A stretch of 62,649 nucleotides of DNA from a virus (taxonomy: Duplodnaviria; Caudoviricetes): the IMG/VR virus record IMGVR_UViG_3300034101_000324, positions 1 to 62,649 of that record; one strand, given 5' to 3'. The position numbers were made by a program, and so were the translations under genes. Shown piece after piece: positions 1-9,706 of this stretch. The notes beneath the pieces are model-generated. The model made no database searches. It was not told the DNA's origin and saw only the letters and a list, made by a program, of their open reading frames with translations. Every line of letters starts with the position of its first letter. Position 1 is the stretch's first letter.

Positions 1-127
1 GCATCAACACCGTGAATGGCTCGCGCCATGCAAAGGGTATCGAAGTAATAGGCAGGGGTGATGTCAAAGATGAACGAAAGAATTCCACCGTCGAACTGTG
101 CGTTATGACAGAGCAGGGCTGACGTAC
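1..127. repeat. 127-bp direct terminal overlap, identical to 62523-62649; circular assembly overlap
   Basis: The first and last 127 nt are identical and fall inside the polymerase gene. 127 is a common assembler k-mer. Confidence 0.95.
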
Positions 128-323
128 TCCAGTCCACCTGATTCAACCAAGCCTTGATCTCGGCATGAGTACCGCTGAACCACTGCGTCTCATCGTCGTC
201 AATCTTCATCGCCACGCCGATAATTTCAAACTGTTCGCCACGGATGTACTCCTCCGTGGTCAGGTTCTTGAGGCTGAACCCCGTGCCGTAATACGTTTCA
301 AAGTCGAGCGTGACGAAACTCAT
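1..323 (-). CDS. polA: DNA polymerase family A, N-terminal 3'-5' exonuclease part; continues across the origin into 62522-60977
   Basis: ATG at 323 overlaps the upstream stop (ATGA). It translates MSFVTLDFETYY...LLCHNAQFDGG...DTLCMARAIHG (ExoI DxE, ExoII HNxxFD), in frame with the 524-aa ORF. The joined protein is 622 aa. Confidence 0.92.
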   Translation of the reverse strand, partial: MSFVTLDFETYYGTGFSLKNLTTEEYIRGEQFEIIGVAMKIDDDETQWFSGTHAEIKAWLNQVDWSTSALLCHNAQFDGGILSFIFDITPAYYFDTLCMARAIHGVD

Positions 324-505
324 TTCCCACCCAATTCCCTTGTGTAGATCCACCCCTTGCCTGTCTCAATAAACCCTGCCGCTGCAAGGGCTTCAACTGA
401 TCGGCAAGAGCCAAACTTGTATCGATGTGATCGGAACGATTCCGGTGTAGCGAATTGACGCTTACACTCCGTACACTTTCTTTCCTTTTTTACTACGACT
501 GTCAC
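320..505 (-). CDS. Small zinc-finger-like protein
   Basis: CTEC...H...C pattern; translationally coupled to polA. Confidence 0.6.
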   Translation of the reverse strand: MTVVVKKERKCTECKRQFATPESFRSHRYKFGSCRSVEALAAAGFIETGKGWIYTRELGGK

Positions 506-668
506 GTTCCAATCTCTCCACTTCAGCCCGTAAGTATTTAATCTCGTGGTGGCACTGCCACAACACGCTGCCCACTGTTAAGAATTTAAATTCTGTTGTT
601 GTCGATGTGTCGTTCACCTCGTTAGGTAATGCGCGAATCAGGTCTAAGATATCATCTTCTATTTCCAC
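462..668 (-). CDS. Hypothetical protein with C-terminal coiled coil
   Basis: ORF in the - strand operon; EIKYLRAEVERLE heptads. Confidence 0.6.
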   Translation of the reverse strand: MEIEDDILDLIRALPNEVNDTSTTTEFKFLTVGSVLWQCHHEIKYLRAEVERLERDSRSKKGKKVYGV

Positions 669-867
669 GTAACAACTCCACTTCAGTCTTCAAAGTATTC
701 AATTCTAATGTAATCACTGTAGCCTCGTCGGACAGTCCCGCTCTGCGAATATTCTGCAAAGCGCGTTCTATCTGTTGCTGCTGTGTTTGTCCGTACCCCC
801 ACGGCGCGGCTTTCATTTCTTCTTTCCATGCTCCGGGCGGCGATTTGTCGTCGTATGTTACTGACAC
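652..867 (-). CDS. Hypothetical protein
   Basis: AGGAG upstream of GTG; coiled-coil C-terminus. Overlaps the tail of 683-1093. Confidence 0.55.
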   Translation of the reverse strand: MSVTYDDKSPPGAWKEEMKAAPWGYGQTQQQQIERALQNIRRAGLSDEATVITLELNTLKTEVELLRGNRR

Positions 868-1093
868 GCTCTTCCTCCTTCATGTAGTCGTCGTACTGTT
901 TAATCCCACGGTACACCGCACTAGCCATGTGGTGCTGTGCGATACCCCACTTCTCTACTAGATCCTTGTACGTCACCCGCTCGTCGAGTTCCTTGGCGCG
1001 TCTCTTGCGCTCCAACAGATACTTGTACTGATCAAGTGAGAGAACCAAATTGAACCTTGACGGCTTGGTGTAAACCTTTAAGCGCCTACCCAC
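683..1093 (-). CDS. Hypothetical protein with HTH-like segment
   Basis: VTYKDLVEKWGIAQHHMASAVYRG resembles a helix-turn-helix. The C-terminal extension overlaps the next ORF. Confidence 0.5.
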   Translation of the reverse strand: MGRRLKVYTKPSRFNLVLSLDQYKYLLERKRRAKELDERVTYKDLVEKWGIAQHHMASAVYRGIKQYDDYMKEEERVSNIRRQIAARSMERRNESRAVGVRTNTAATDRTRFAEYSQSGTVRRGYSDYIRIEYFED

Positions 1094-1170
1094 ATCGCCA
1101 CCGCATAGCCAAGTAGAAAACTACAAACACACAAGGCGATCTCTGCCAAAATTATTTCTTTACTTGTCAT
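1078..1170 (-). CDS. 30-aa single-TM peptide (not in ORF track)
   Basis: MTSKEIILAEIALCVCSFLLGYAVAMWVGA; fills the gap between adjacent genes. Confidence 0.45.
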   Translation of the reverse strand: MTSKEIILAEIALCVCSFLLGYAVAMWVGA

Positions 1171-1420
1171 ATTCTTTCTTCAGTTGTTTGCGTACCAACA
1201 CAAGCAGTTTACAAATCACATGGGTGTGTGACTTATCTTTACCACCGCGCCCTAATGAATCGTACTCCGTGGCATACATCTCAATGATGTCCCACCGGAT
1301 AACTTCTAACTCTCCATCATCGCCAATCTTCGCCCAAACTGTGTCGGGCATGACGACCTTCTTCATGTGTTCCTCGGGAACAATCAGGTACGCATCTTCA
1401 TCGTCTTGAATATTGCTCAT
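1160..1420 (-). CDS. Hypothetical protein
   Basis: ORF with GGAG SD, tightly packed in the operon. Confidence 0.7.
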   Translation of the reverse strand: MSNIQDDEDAYLIVPEEHMKKVVMPDTVWAKIGDDGELEVIRWDIIEMYATEYDSLGRGGKDKSHTHVICKLLVLVRKQLKKEYDK

Positions 1421-1421
1421 G

Positions 1422-2090
1422 TCATATCTCCTTGGCTATCGCCATCCATTCTTCAGCATACTCGGTGTTCTGCCATTCTTTAAACCATGGCCCACCTCGG
1501 GTGAAGTGAACGGCTTGCGGGTTTGGGCAGTCATCTTTCGTATGCCAACCTTCTAAATAGTTGTAGGCAATCGGCAAGTCACCGATGGTTGCGTCCCACA
1601 AGAATCGCAGTTGGTGCAAGTACATACCTGACTCGCGGTTTACGATCTCGGGGGTTAGTGTCTTAAGTAACGGATGCCCACAGTTCCACAGGATCATGCT
1701 GCTCCAGTTCTTTCGCGGATACTGGTGCTGAACCTTACCATCCATCTTCGTAGATTCTCTCGGCTTGTAATCGTGCTTGACCACAAGTGCCCCGTAGTAC
1801 GGATTCATATAGTCCTGCAACGCAGCAACATCTCCTCGCCAGAAAAAGTCACAGTCCATGAATACCGCCCACCCCTCATAGCCACACAAGTGCGGCACAA
1901 GGAAACGAGTGAAGGAGAACTCTGTTGATGACAGCGGGTCATGCTCTCGCCAGTACAGGTTTCTCTCGCGCATCTCCTGTTGCTTGATCGGTTGAATGTC
2001 GAGGGGAACGGATGTATGTCGGAGCAGAGACTCCTTGCACACCTGATACGCGATATCTTCGCGGCTATCCCAACCAATAAAGATTTTCAT
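1422..2090 (-). CDS. GT-A fold glycosyltransferase (GT8-like)
   Basis: IFIGWDSRE start, STEFSFTRF, DxD (MDCDF), YPRKNWSS, HFTRGGPW. Confidence 0.85.
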   Translation of the reverse strand: MKIFIGWDSREDIAYQVCKESLLRHTSVPLDIQPIKQQEMRERNLYWREHDPLSSTEFSFTRFLVPHLCGYEGWAVFMDCDFFWRGDVAALQDYMNPYYGALVVKHDYKPRESTKMDGKVQHQYPRKNWSSMILWNCGHPLLKTLTPEIVNRESGMYLHQLRFLWDATIGDLPIAYNYLEGWHTKDDCPNPQAVHFTRGGPWFKEWQNTEYAEEWMAIAKEI

Positions 2091-3943
2091 ACAGCCTCAA
2101 ACAGTTGTTTACGACTCGGCCCTTTGTAGTGAATGATCTTCGCCCCGTCGTGCTTGTGTTCTGGCAAGCATCCATATATGGACTCGGGCATCATGTCTGC
2201 CTCCGACTCGGCGTATAACTTCAACACTTCTTGATCTCCGTACCATGTGCGGTACTTCGGATCTATCTTGTCAAACATACCTAGCATGACCTGCCACGGC
2301 GCACCGTTCTTGGTTGCAGTTGCACACGCAATGAACGGATATACCTCGTCAATAGTTTTGTCCTTGTACTCATCGAACCGGACGCCGCGCTGCTCAACGT
2401 TGAATATCGCCTCACGCTGAAACTCTCGACGGCACATCACAACCTTGGAATCACCCAAAATATCTCCCACCACAACGCGATCCACAAAGATCATGTCGGT
2501 GTCAATGTACAAAGCGGGTTCGTCCAGATTACGCAACGCAAACGCCTTAACCCGTGAAAACGTCATCTCTTTCGGATCAAGATCGTAGTCGCACCGTTCC
2601 GTCACGCCCATCACATCAGGTGTATCTTTATTAGTCAGCATGATTACGTTGGCGTCAGGGTTTTGACGGAGCAAAGACTTAACCATTTTCTGTGGTGCAG
2701 AAATATCGTTACCGATGTGCATGAATACGAAATTATCTCGCACACGTTCACGTTGTCCCAAGATTACTTCCAACTCTTCCTTGACTTGCTTTAACTGCAA
2801 GTCCCATGGCGCGTTCATGTTCTCGCGTTGATAAATCTTTACCCCGCTGTACCACAGACTTTCGTTACCAAGGCGATTGTTCCAGTACCAGAGTTTGTTG
2901 GCATCAAGAAGTAGAACATCCTTACCCATCGCCCCTGCCAAATGTACGGACGCGCACGATGGAGAAATCACGATTGAACAAATGTCCATCAGAGCAGCAA
3001 CATTTTCCAAATCCAAGAATGTATCAATGTGTGTTGTGATCAGGCTCGGATGATAGTCGATGCCTTCTTTGTGGGCTTCACCATATTGAAGATTGATGAA
3101 CTTCAAGTAAGGCATATCAAGAATCGGTTTGAAGTCCGCAATCGGCACAGACTTGTGCTTACCAATTACGGGAGCCGCGCTCGTCCATGACAGCCCAACG
3201 ATGAAGTCATCCTCATGAAACCCGTACTCTTTACGCAGGGCTGCGACACGCTCGGGGTCTACCTTCATGTATGCGGTGGACACACTCGGCTGAATGTCCT
3301 GCACTGAGTTAATAAAGTATTTACCCAAAGACGCGATAGGGATATGCGAATCATGGGCACTCATCTTGACCCGCGCATTGTGCGTCAAGAACTTAACGTT
3401 CTTCGCCCTGCATCCTCGCTGTAGCAAGTTGACCAGACGCAGGTCTATGACAACCGTAACCTCTTCTACCTCACGCGCTAGGGCTTCGATCAGGGAGGCG
3501 TACAGGATCTGATCACCAATGCCTTGCTCTGTCCAAACAAGTGGACGGCGTAGCCCTTTGCCACGCTCCCATTGCGGGTGCTTGGTGTGCAACCGTGGGG
3601 ATTTAAATGTCTTGCTTCCCCATCGTCGCTCGTAACCTTTCCACCCGTTCTCAAAGTCACCCATTTGCAGGGCTAGAAGTCCAACAGTCCACCCTGCATC
3701 GTCGTTGTTTGGTTCCAGACGGGTCGCAATCTCAAAGTGTTTTCTCGCCGGTTCCCAACGGTGCATTTCCCAATGGCAACGACCGGCTTGCAGTTGTGCA
3801 GCCGTCATCACAGGGATCACTTGATTGATGTTCTCAAGAATCCCGATGGCATCGTTGTAGTTCCCTTTCTCAGCCTCTTCAAAACCTTTCTTGAAGATGA
3901 TCTGCGCGTAATCAAGCAGGGTCTTTTTGTTGTCTTCACTCAC
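2087..3943 (-). CDS. TPR-repeat protein fused to GT9-like and GT-A (DxD) glycosyltransferase domains
   Basis: N-terminal TPR helices; EQGIGDQI and SVHLAGAMG GT-B motifs; C-terminal YIDTDM...YGDQ...IIHYKG. Start moved to GTG 3943, which follows a GGGAGG SD. Confidence 0.8.
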   Translation of the reverse strand: MSEDNKKTLLDYAQIIFKKGFEEAEKGNYNDAIGILENINQVIPVMTAAQLQAGRCHWEMHRWEPARKHFEIATRLEPNNDDAGWTVGLLALQMGDFENGWKGYERRWGSKTFKSPRLHTKHPQWERGKGLRRPLVWTEQGIGDQILYASLIEALAREVEEVTVVIDLRLVNLLQRGCRAKNVKFLTHNARVKMSAHDSHIPIASLGKYFINSVQDIQPSVSTAYMKVDPERVAALRKEYGFHEDDFIVGLSWTSAAPVIGKHKSVPIADFKPILDMPYLKFINLQYGEAHKEGIDYHPSLITTHIDTFLDLENVAALMDICSIVISPSCASVHLAGAMGKDVLLLDANKLWYWNNRLGNESLWYSGVKIYQRENMNAPWDLQLKQVKEELEVILGQRERVRDNFVFMHIGNDISAPQKMVKSLLRQNPDANVIMLTNKDTPDVMGVTERCDYDLDPKEMTFSRVKAFALRNLDEPALYIDTDMIFVDRVVVGDILGDSKVVMCRREFQREAIFNVEQRGVRFDEYKDKTIDEVYPFIACATATKNGAPWQVMLGMFDKIDPKYRTWYGDQEVLKLYAESEADMMPESIYGCLPEHKHDGAKIIHYKGPSRKQLFEAV

Positions 3944-4056
3944 CAGTATTCCCTCCCACCGCGCTTGGCTCCCCATGCAGGGGGTGGCACGTGTGCCCAT
4001 TCCTGACGGCGGTACTCGTCGCGTCTCTTAAAGAAACCTAATAGCCAACGGATCAT
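3940..4056 (-). CDS. 38-aa hypothetical protein (not in ORF track)
   Basis: MIRWLLGFFKRRDEYRRQEWAHVPPPAWGAKRGGREYW; 4-nt overlaps with both neighbours. Confidence 0.6.
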   Translation of the reverse strand: MIRWLLGFFKRRDEYRRQEWAHVPPPAWGAKRGGREYW

Positions 4057-4694
4057 GTGGCCTCCTGCGGAACAACTTGCAGCATGGTTAGCGGGATAGA
4101 TATGGCAGTCTTCCTGCCCTCACGTGGGTAGATCAACACGCGACTGCCAGACTCCAACATCATGGCGTTAGCCACGCCTTTCTCGACGCCTTCAAAGTCA
4201 TCCATGACGAACACCGTGTTCTCGTGAATGATCTTGTTAAGTGACTCAATGTCGTCCTGCCCCAACCGCCCGTCGAGATAGACCAGATCGACCTTACGTT
4301 CCTTGTCGGCCAAGAACTTAAACATCTCATGAGATGGAGTCTTAGGGAACTGTGAGATCAATAAGTTACCCTCATGCACCGTGATGTTGTTAGATACATC
4401 GCACGTATAGATCACAGATAATTCCTGCGCGGCCTCTGACATAACTCTAGTAGACACGCCAATAAACGTACCTACCTCGGCAATGACCTTCGGCTGAAAG
4501 TGCTTAACAATAAGGAAAAGATCAATAGCGTCTTCAAGCGGCACAGATCCAGTCTTGTAATCAGCCTTCAAACGTAGATGCTGCTGCTCGTCTACGATAT
4601 TACAAATACTAATCTCCTCGTCACCGCTCTCTTCACCAATGATATTCCATACGACTTCACTTAACCGTCTACGACCGATTTGTATCGGGTTCAT
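4053..4694 (-). CDS. Class I SAM-dependent methyltransferase (Methyltransf_24-like)
   Basis: IAEVGTFIGVS motif I, DLVYLDG, VMDDF. Confidence 0.8.
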   Translation of the reverse strand: MNPIQIGRRRLSEVVWNIIGEESGDEEISICNIVDEQQHLRLKADYKTGSVPLEDAIDLFLIVKHFQPKVIAEVGTFIGVSTRVMSEAAQELSVIYTCDVSNNITVHEGNLLISQFPKTPSHEMFKFLADKERKVDLVYLDGRLGQDDIESLNKIIHENTVFVMDDFEGVEKGVANAMMLESGSRVLIYPREGRKTAISIPLTMLQVVPQEAT

Positions 4695-5704
4695 GCTGCT
4701 ACCCCGCTCTCTAGTTTGTATTCTTTCTGGATCTCGCCCTTCTCACGATTGCCAACGAAACACGAACGCACGAACGTCTGAGTTCCCTTGGACAATTTAC
4801 GTAGGTGCGCCCTTCTGAAGTGATACCTCGGGGTATCGCGCTCGCCACCGGATCGACTACCCAACGTCTCTCTGACTGTGCCATATGGCAGTCTCAACAC
4901 GTGGTATTCAAACCCGCCAACGCCCTTCTTCTGGAACGTCCTGTTGCGTGTATAGGACTTCTCCTCACGCTCCTCCAACACAGCACCGACACGCAGTGCG
5001 TGACAGGCTCGGACTACTGTTTCCATGTTTGCGTGCAAAGATCTAAATATCGTCTCTACAAAGTTTCTATCTTTAGTTGGTTGACTATCGTTATCAAACA
5101 GTCCTTCTTTCGTATAGATATTACTTAAGCCAAGTTCTGTGCCGTTATTGTTAAACACAATCGGCGTATACATAGTCATGTAATAACTATTAAGACACCA
5201 CCTTACCCCATTGGTATTCTTCTTAAACCTAGAGAACGCGATTACAGAAACAGGGCTTCTGCCGGGGAGTCGTTCGTCTTTGTACCTTTCATCATCTTCA
5301 TCAAACTGCTTGAAGTCCACAGCCAAACTGACGCTTGCATCTGGAATCTCAAATTCATCTAGGTTGTCAGCGTCGTAATAGTTTTTATCCACGGCGTGTT
5401 CAAACGTAGTCAATATATGTGGCAAAGCGTGAGAAGACTCACACTCTTCCGGTGTATATCTGCTACTGGATGAAGGTACATATACTTGGCCGTTCAATGG
5501 CAGCACAATGTGTACTGCATTGCGTACCATCTCTGCCGTGTTTTTAAACGCTTCAGCCTTGGCAAATTCTTCCTTGTATATGGGATTGTCCTCACCCCAT
5601 CGTTTAAGTGCAGCATTTGCAGAGTAGCGCCATTGATCTTCCTGTACTTTCAAGTCATGCACTAACTCTGCGGCGTACTGTGGCAGGTAGTCTTTCTCTG
5701 TCAT
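4691..5704 (-). CDS. Hypothetical phage protein with C-terminal HxRRxHxR motif
   Basis: PRYHFRRAHLR...FVRSCFVG. Confidence 0.75.
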   Translation of the reverse strand: MTEKDYLPQYAAELVHDLKVQEDQWRYSANAALKRWGEDNPIYKEEFAKAEAFKNTAEMVRNAVHIVLPLNGQVYVPSSSSRYTPEECESSHALPHILTTFEHAVDKNYYDADNLDEFEIPDASVSLAVDFKQFDEDDERYKDERLPGRSPVSVIAFSRFKKNTNGVRWCLNSYYMTMYTPIVFNNNGTELGLSNIYTKEGLFDNDSQPTKDRNFVETIFRSLHANMETVVRACHALRVGAVLEEREEKSYTRNRTFQKKGVGGFEYHVLRLPYGTVRETLGSRSGGERDTPRYHFRRAHLRKLSKGTQTFVRSCFVGNREKGEIQKEYKLESGVAA

Positions 5705-5988
5705 GCGTCATCTCTCGCACCATTGGGGCGACTCATCTTCAAAACGTAACCCATGAGGGCTGCGCTTTTCTCGTCCCCAGTTTCGATAAAGTCTTTTCCG
5801 GCCACCCGACAGGAATCCAAAAATAGTGTATGCAACTGCTTTATGAGTTCTTCCCACTTATCTGGGACTGCAATTCCACCATCAATGTTCATCTGCCTAA
5901 TGGCTCGCAGAAAAGTAAGCGTTAATGAAAGTGACAGCGCGAGACTGAATGCAATCTCTTGTGAGCCTACGGTTTCCTTGGTGTTCAT
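5701..5988 (-). CDS. Hypothetical protein
   Basis: ATGA overlaps on both sides. Confidence 0.65.
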   Translation of the reverse strand: MNTKETVGSQEIAFSLALSLSLTLTFLRAIRQMNIDGGIAVPDKWEELIKQLHTLFLDSCRVAGKDFIETGDEKSAALMGYVLKMSRPNGARDDA

Positions 5989-6536
5989 GCGTTCTTTCTC
6001 CGCGCAATCTCACGCTTGAGGTAGAACTCTGCCTTCTCAAGATCCTGCACAGGATCTACCCCTAGCTTCTTACCCGCTCGGGAGATGTACTTAACAACAT
6101 TAAATAGATAGGCGTTCTCGGTCAGTCCCTTGGCCTCGGCGTAGTCGAGGAAGTCGATGCCGCCTTTTGTGTAATGCGGGGGGTGATTGACTAGATCGGT
6201 TTCGGTTGCTTGCATTCTGTGCTTTGGTCTGCCTGTCGGGGGATTAGTAGCAGGATCGATGGCAGCGAGTAATTTCATGGCTGCGTGTTCGTACTGGGGT
6301 TGTACGAGCAACTTCGTCGGCTTGCTCTCAACCGCATCCATCGCCTTTCGCATCTCAAACAAATCATTAACCAGACGCGAGCGGGGACTTTTAAATTGTG
6401 CTTTGTTCTTTGACTTCTTTTTGGCTGCGTGTCTTACAAAATATACATAGGCCGCAGAGGTTTTTAGTTTCTTAGCAATCTCCCCTGCTGTTAATCCCTT
6501 ATTAGTTAACTCCAATACTTGCTTTGATTTCGACAT
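5985..6536 (-). CDS. HTH + DUF3310 (T7 gp1.7-like nucleotide kinase family) protein
   Basis: N-terminal GLTAGEIAKKLKTSAAYVY; C-terminal VNHPPHYT...NVVKYISRAGKK...DLEKAEFYL. Confidence 0.8.
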   Translation of the reverse strand: MSKSKQVLELTNKGLTAGEIAKKLKTSAAYVYFVRHAAKKKSKNKAQFKSPRSRLVNDLFEMRKAMDAVESKPTKLLVQPQYEHAAMKLLAAIDPATNPPTGRPKHRMQATETDLVNHPPHYTKGGIDFLDYAEAKGLTENAYLFNVVKYISRAGKKLGVDPVQDLEKAEFYLKREIARRKNA

Positions 6537-6813
6537 GACTTAGCTCCTTGCGTAGGTTCTCTACGTTTGTTTCATCTACTACTAATGCGATGCCACCTGC
6601 TTTGCGAATGTCATCGATATGCTTCAACTGAAGCGCGGTAGGCTTATTACCGTTTGCCTTGCACTCTATAGCATAGAACAACCCTCCTATGCAAATAAGA
6701 AAATCGGGAACGCCAGAGTTCCCGAAACCAGTTCCCATTGGCATTGCGTAGTACGCACCCATTTCATTGAGAATCTTTTTTACCTTTGCTTTGACCTTCG
6801 CTTCCGGCGTCAT
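6502..6813 (-). CDS. VRR-NUC nuclease (resolvase-like)
   Basis: PEAKVK...GVPDFL...IECKA...PTALQ. Confidence 0.88.
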   Translation of the reverse strand: MTPEAKVKAKVKKILNEMGAYYAMPMGTGFGNSGVPDFLICIGGLFYAIECKANGNKPTALQLKHIDDIRKAGGIALVVDETNVENLRKELSHVEIKASIGVN

Positions 6814-6955
6814 GACTATTCACCTGTTTCACGTACCAGTTGTAATAGTCATCTTGCCACGGTCGGCCAGTCAACATCTTGTAAAACTCCAACACCTTAT
6901 CCATGTCCTGCTTCGACTTAGCCGTTACCACGTAGTCGAGCGTACTCATGAACAT
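6764..6955 (-). CDS. Hypothetical protein (start revised to ATG 6955)
   Basis: The AGGAG SD is formed by the palindrome at 6968-6984; translates MFMSTLDYVV... Confidence 0.5.
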   Translation of the reverse strand: MFMSTLDYVVTAKSKQDMDKVLEFYKMLTGRPWQDDYYNWYVKQVNSHDAGSEGQSKGKKDSQ

Positions 6956-6967
6956 TCTCTGTTCATC

Positions 6968-6984
6968 TCCTGACAATGTCAGGA
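6968..6984. promoter_or_regulatory. 17-bp palindrome, copy 1 (TCCTGACAATGTCAGGA)
   Basis: Contains the stop of 6979-7428 and the SD of the next gene. Confidence 0.9.
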
Positions 6985-7428
6985 CTGTGGTTGTCCCTTG
7001 ATAGTCAGAAAGACTTCCATTGATAGAGTTATTGCGTATCTGTTCCTCACTCTCCACCCGATCTCTCGCAGTATCTCGGGGCAATAGTTCTTGTACGTCC
7101 ATAGGATTTCCTCGTAGTCCTCTGTCGTGTGGTGCATCCAAGGCTTCATCGTCACAGGGGGTTGCCCATTGCCTAGCGTGTTTGATCGGTGTAACTCGTC
7201 CCAGTCAAAACTGTTAATGAAACCAAGGGCTGTCTTGATCTCATCAGGCAATGTCTCGTCTGTGAAACGCCTCTTCATACCCTGTCCCATATACAACTCA
7301 TACACATCGCCGTTGTGTTCACACAGCACACGTATACGGTTGTCCTTCAAGTTCAACGGCTCCATGACCGCATCACTTCGACAGGATGTAGAGCGGAGTC
7401 CTACCGATTCGGTAGTGCTGTAGGCCAA
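6979..7428 (-). CDS. Hypothetical protein (true start may be ATG 7365)
   Basis: ORF in the early operon; its stop lies within the palindrome. Confidence 0.7.
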   Translation of the reverse strand: MAYSTTESVGLRSTSCRSDAVMEPLNLKDNRIRVLCEHNGDVYELYMGQGMKRRFTDETLPDEIKTALGFINSFDWDELHRSNTLGNGQPPVTMKPWMHHTTEDYEEILWTYKNYCPEILREIGWRVRNRYAITLSMEVFLTIKGQPQS

Positions 7429-8401
7429 TCGCTTCGATGCTCTCCCAGTATCTCGGCTCGCTCACGTCGGGCATATCTGCTTGTGTATTGGTGTGCGCCT
7501 TGAGCATGGTCAGAGCAATGTTCAGTTCAGAGGAAATGTCGTCGGGTATGTCGTTCATAGTCTTGTATCGCTTGAATGGCACGACAGGTACGCCGTAATT
7601 GAATTCAGTCTCTGATGGCATACTGCCTGTCTTGCGATAGGTGTCTATTGCTACTTGAATAGCATGGTAAGAGACCGCGCCAAGTGTCACCCCGCCAAGG
7701 GAGTTCGGGATGAGTAGCCACTTGTCCGTAGTAAAGTACGCAGCGACACGATCCATTATGTCGTTAAACTTCCGTACCTCTCCCATGTGATCAAGGTATA
7801 CACCACGCAGACGTTGAGCCTGCGCTGGCGGGATCTCGTATTTGTCCTCGCTGAATTGCGCCAAGATCAATTCGGTAATAAGTTCCCGATCCACACTTGC
7901 CTCGGGTTTAGCCATCGCTTGCCATCCACCGGCAAAGTTTTCGAGCATCAGGGAAAGCACACTGCGAAATATGTCGCTAGGTGCGGTCTGTGCCCTACGT
8001 AGGTCACTCATCAGCGATGCCTTTGCATCATGCCTAGAATCAGGACGCAAGTTATTAGCCAGATATCGCGGATTGACACTCTCCATACGGTTTGAATAGT
8101 GATATGTAGTAGTGGCGTCCATACCAACTAAGAAATTATCCGCCGACATGAATCTGTATTCATCGCCAACACCATTCTTGACGATGGCGCAAACACTAAA
8201 GCCCCCGTCAGTCATCATGTGAATGAGTTTCTCACCTCCGTTATGAAACGCACCAACCTTGGCCTTTCGCTCAGTAGTTGCATACGCAGCCAGAACAACC
8301 GGCCACATCTCTGACTTGATAACTGCTGTTCGCTCTGCCGGATCAACCGTGTCCAAGAACACATCGTTGACATCGACTTGAATCTTTACTCGCTTAGCCA
8401 T
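7373..8401 (-). CDS. Hypothetical protein
   Basis: 342-aa ORF with AAGGAGG SD. Confidence 0.85.
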   Translation of the reverse strand: MAKRVKIQVDVNDVFLDTVDPAERTAVIKSEMWPVVLAAYATTERKAKVGAFHNGGEKLIHMMTDGGFSVCAIVKNGVGDEYRFMSADNFLVGMDATTTYHYSNRMESVNPRYLANNLRPDSRHDAKASLMSDLRRAQTAPSDIFRSVLSLMLENFAGGWQAMAKPEASVDRELITELILAQFSEDKYEIPPAQAQRLRGVYLDHMGEVRKFNDIMDRVAAYFTTDKWLLIPNSLGGVTLGAVSYHAIQVAIDTYRKTGSMPSETEFNYGVPVVPFKRYKTMNDIPDDISSELNIALTMLKAHTNTQADMPDVSEPRYWESIEAIGLQHYRIGRTPLYILSK

Positions 8402-8429
8402 GACTTATGCCTCCTTAGTTTTATCGACT

Positions 8430-8446
8430 TCCTGACATTGTCAGGA
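8430..8446. promoter_or_regulatory. 17-bp palindrome, copy 2 (TCCTGACATTGTCAGGA)
   Basis: Abuts the stop codon at 8447. Confidence 0.9.
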
Positions 8447-9706
8447 TTATTCTTTGACCATCACCTTGCGACCATGCGGCGGGGTGAACCCACGGCTCTG
8501 CGTTACAAGCCACAGCGTCGGGCAAGCAACGTCCCACTTAACATTCGGCTCCACGTGGCCGTCCGTGAACACGATCACACCGTCTGCATCAATGTGTCGC
8601 TCGTTCATGTACTCGCTCACACAAGAGACGCGAGTGCCGCCACCACCCACAGGCTTGAGCAACGTGGCGATGTTGGCGTAGTTCTCAATCTCAAACCGCT
8701 GCTCTGCGTGAACGCGAGTGTCCCACCACAGCACGATGACCGACTCTGGTGGATACAACTCACACAGGTTGGAGATACGCGCTGCAACGCGGGCGATCTG
8801 CTTATCGTCGATGCTGCCTGACGTGTCGATGGCAAACACCATGCGACCCACCGTCTCGCTGTACGGGGACGGCAGATACAAGTCATCAGCCAAGCGGCGA
8901 CGATTCAGACGCGAGTACGTGTACTCGTCCACGCCACGCATGACGCCAGACCAGAAGTCATCAAGCACATCAGACCATGCGATCTCCGGCTCCATCTGAT
9001 CCTTGATTACGCGAGGGATGTCTACACCAAACTTCCCTGCCAAGAGGCCGCCCTGCTGCAAGCCTTCGTTGATCTTGCGCTCCAGTTCGCGCTGCTGATC
9101 TGGCGTGAGTTTGTTACCACCCTTGCCATCCTTGCCGTCCTGACCCTCGTAGTCGTGCTTGTCGAGCGGCTGACCACGCTGCTGCGTACCCTTGTTACCC
9201 GACTTCTTGGGCAGACCCGGATCGCTCGGCTGATTTTTCGGCTGCTTCTCACGCTCCTGCCAGAGATAGTCAAAGACTTGTCTCACCGACCAGTCATGGA
9301 ACATCGGATCATACAGACCACCGTCCGGCAACTTGGCTAGTGTCTTGTCCTTGAGATTCATGATCACATCGTTGACCACGAAATCCATCGCTACGTTGGC
9401 TAACATCGGATCCTTTGACGCCAAGTCCTTGTGACGTGGGATATGCTTGAGCAACTTGTGCAGATTCTCATGCAGCACAAGGCCACACGTCTCTTCAAGT
9501 GTCAGGCCATTCAAAAACTCCCTGCCGTAGTACGTGTTCAGCCCATCGGTACAGGCCGTAGGTATGTTGTCATCTCCATCGACGATCTTGGTATCGCCTA
9601 GAAGAATGATGCCCGAATACAGGCACGTCTCGGGATGACGCATCAATCGGATGTGCGCCTTCTTCAACTTCAACTCTGCATCCATAACTTGAACTGCTGC
9701 GTTCAT
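8447..9706 (-). CDS. Metallopeptidase (DUF2201-like) + vWA domain protein
   Basis: TACTDG, HENLH (HExxH), MIDAS IDTSGSI, GGGGT, VFTDG. Confidence 0.9.
   Translation of the reverse strand: MNAAVQVMDAELKLKKAHIRLMRHPETCLYSGIILLGDTKIVDGDDNIPTACTDGLNTYYGREFLNGLTLEETCGLVLHENLHKLLKHIPRHKDLASKDPMLANVAMDFVVNDVIMNLKDKTLAKLPDGGLYDPMFHDWSVRQVFDYLWQEREKQPKNQPSDPGLPKKSGNKGTQQRGQPLDKHDYEGQDGKDGKGGNKLTPDQQRELERKINEGLQQGGLLAGKFGVDIPRVIKDQMEPEIAWSDVLDDFWSGVMRGVDEYTYSRLNRRRLADDLYLPSPYSETVGRMVFAIDTSGSIDDKQIARVAARISNLCELYPPESVIVLWWDTRVHAEQRFEIENYANIATLLKPVGGGGTRVSCVSEYMNERHIDADGVIVFTDGHVEPNVKWDVACPTLWLVTQSRGFTPPHGRKVMVKE

Noticed and set aside
1-127. Biological direct terminal repeat
   Set aside because: It splits polA mid-gene and equals a standard assembler k-mer, so it indicates circular assembly only.
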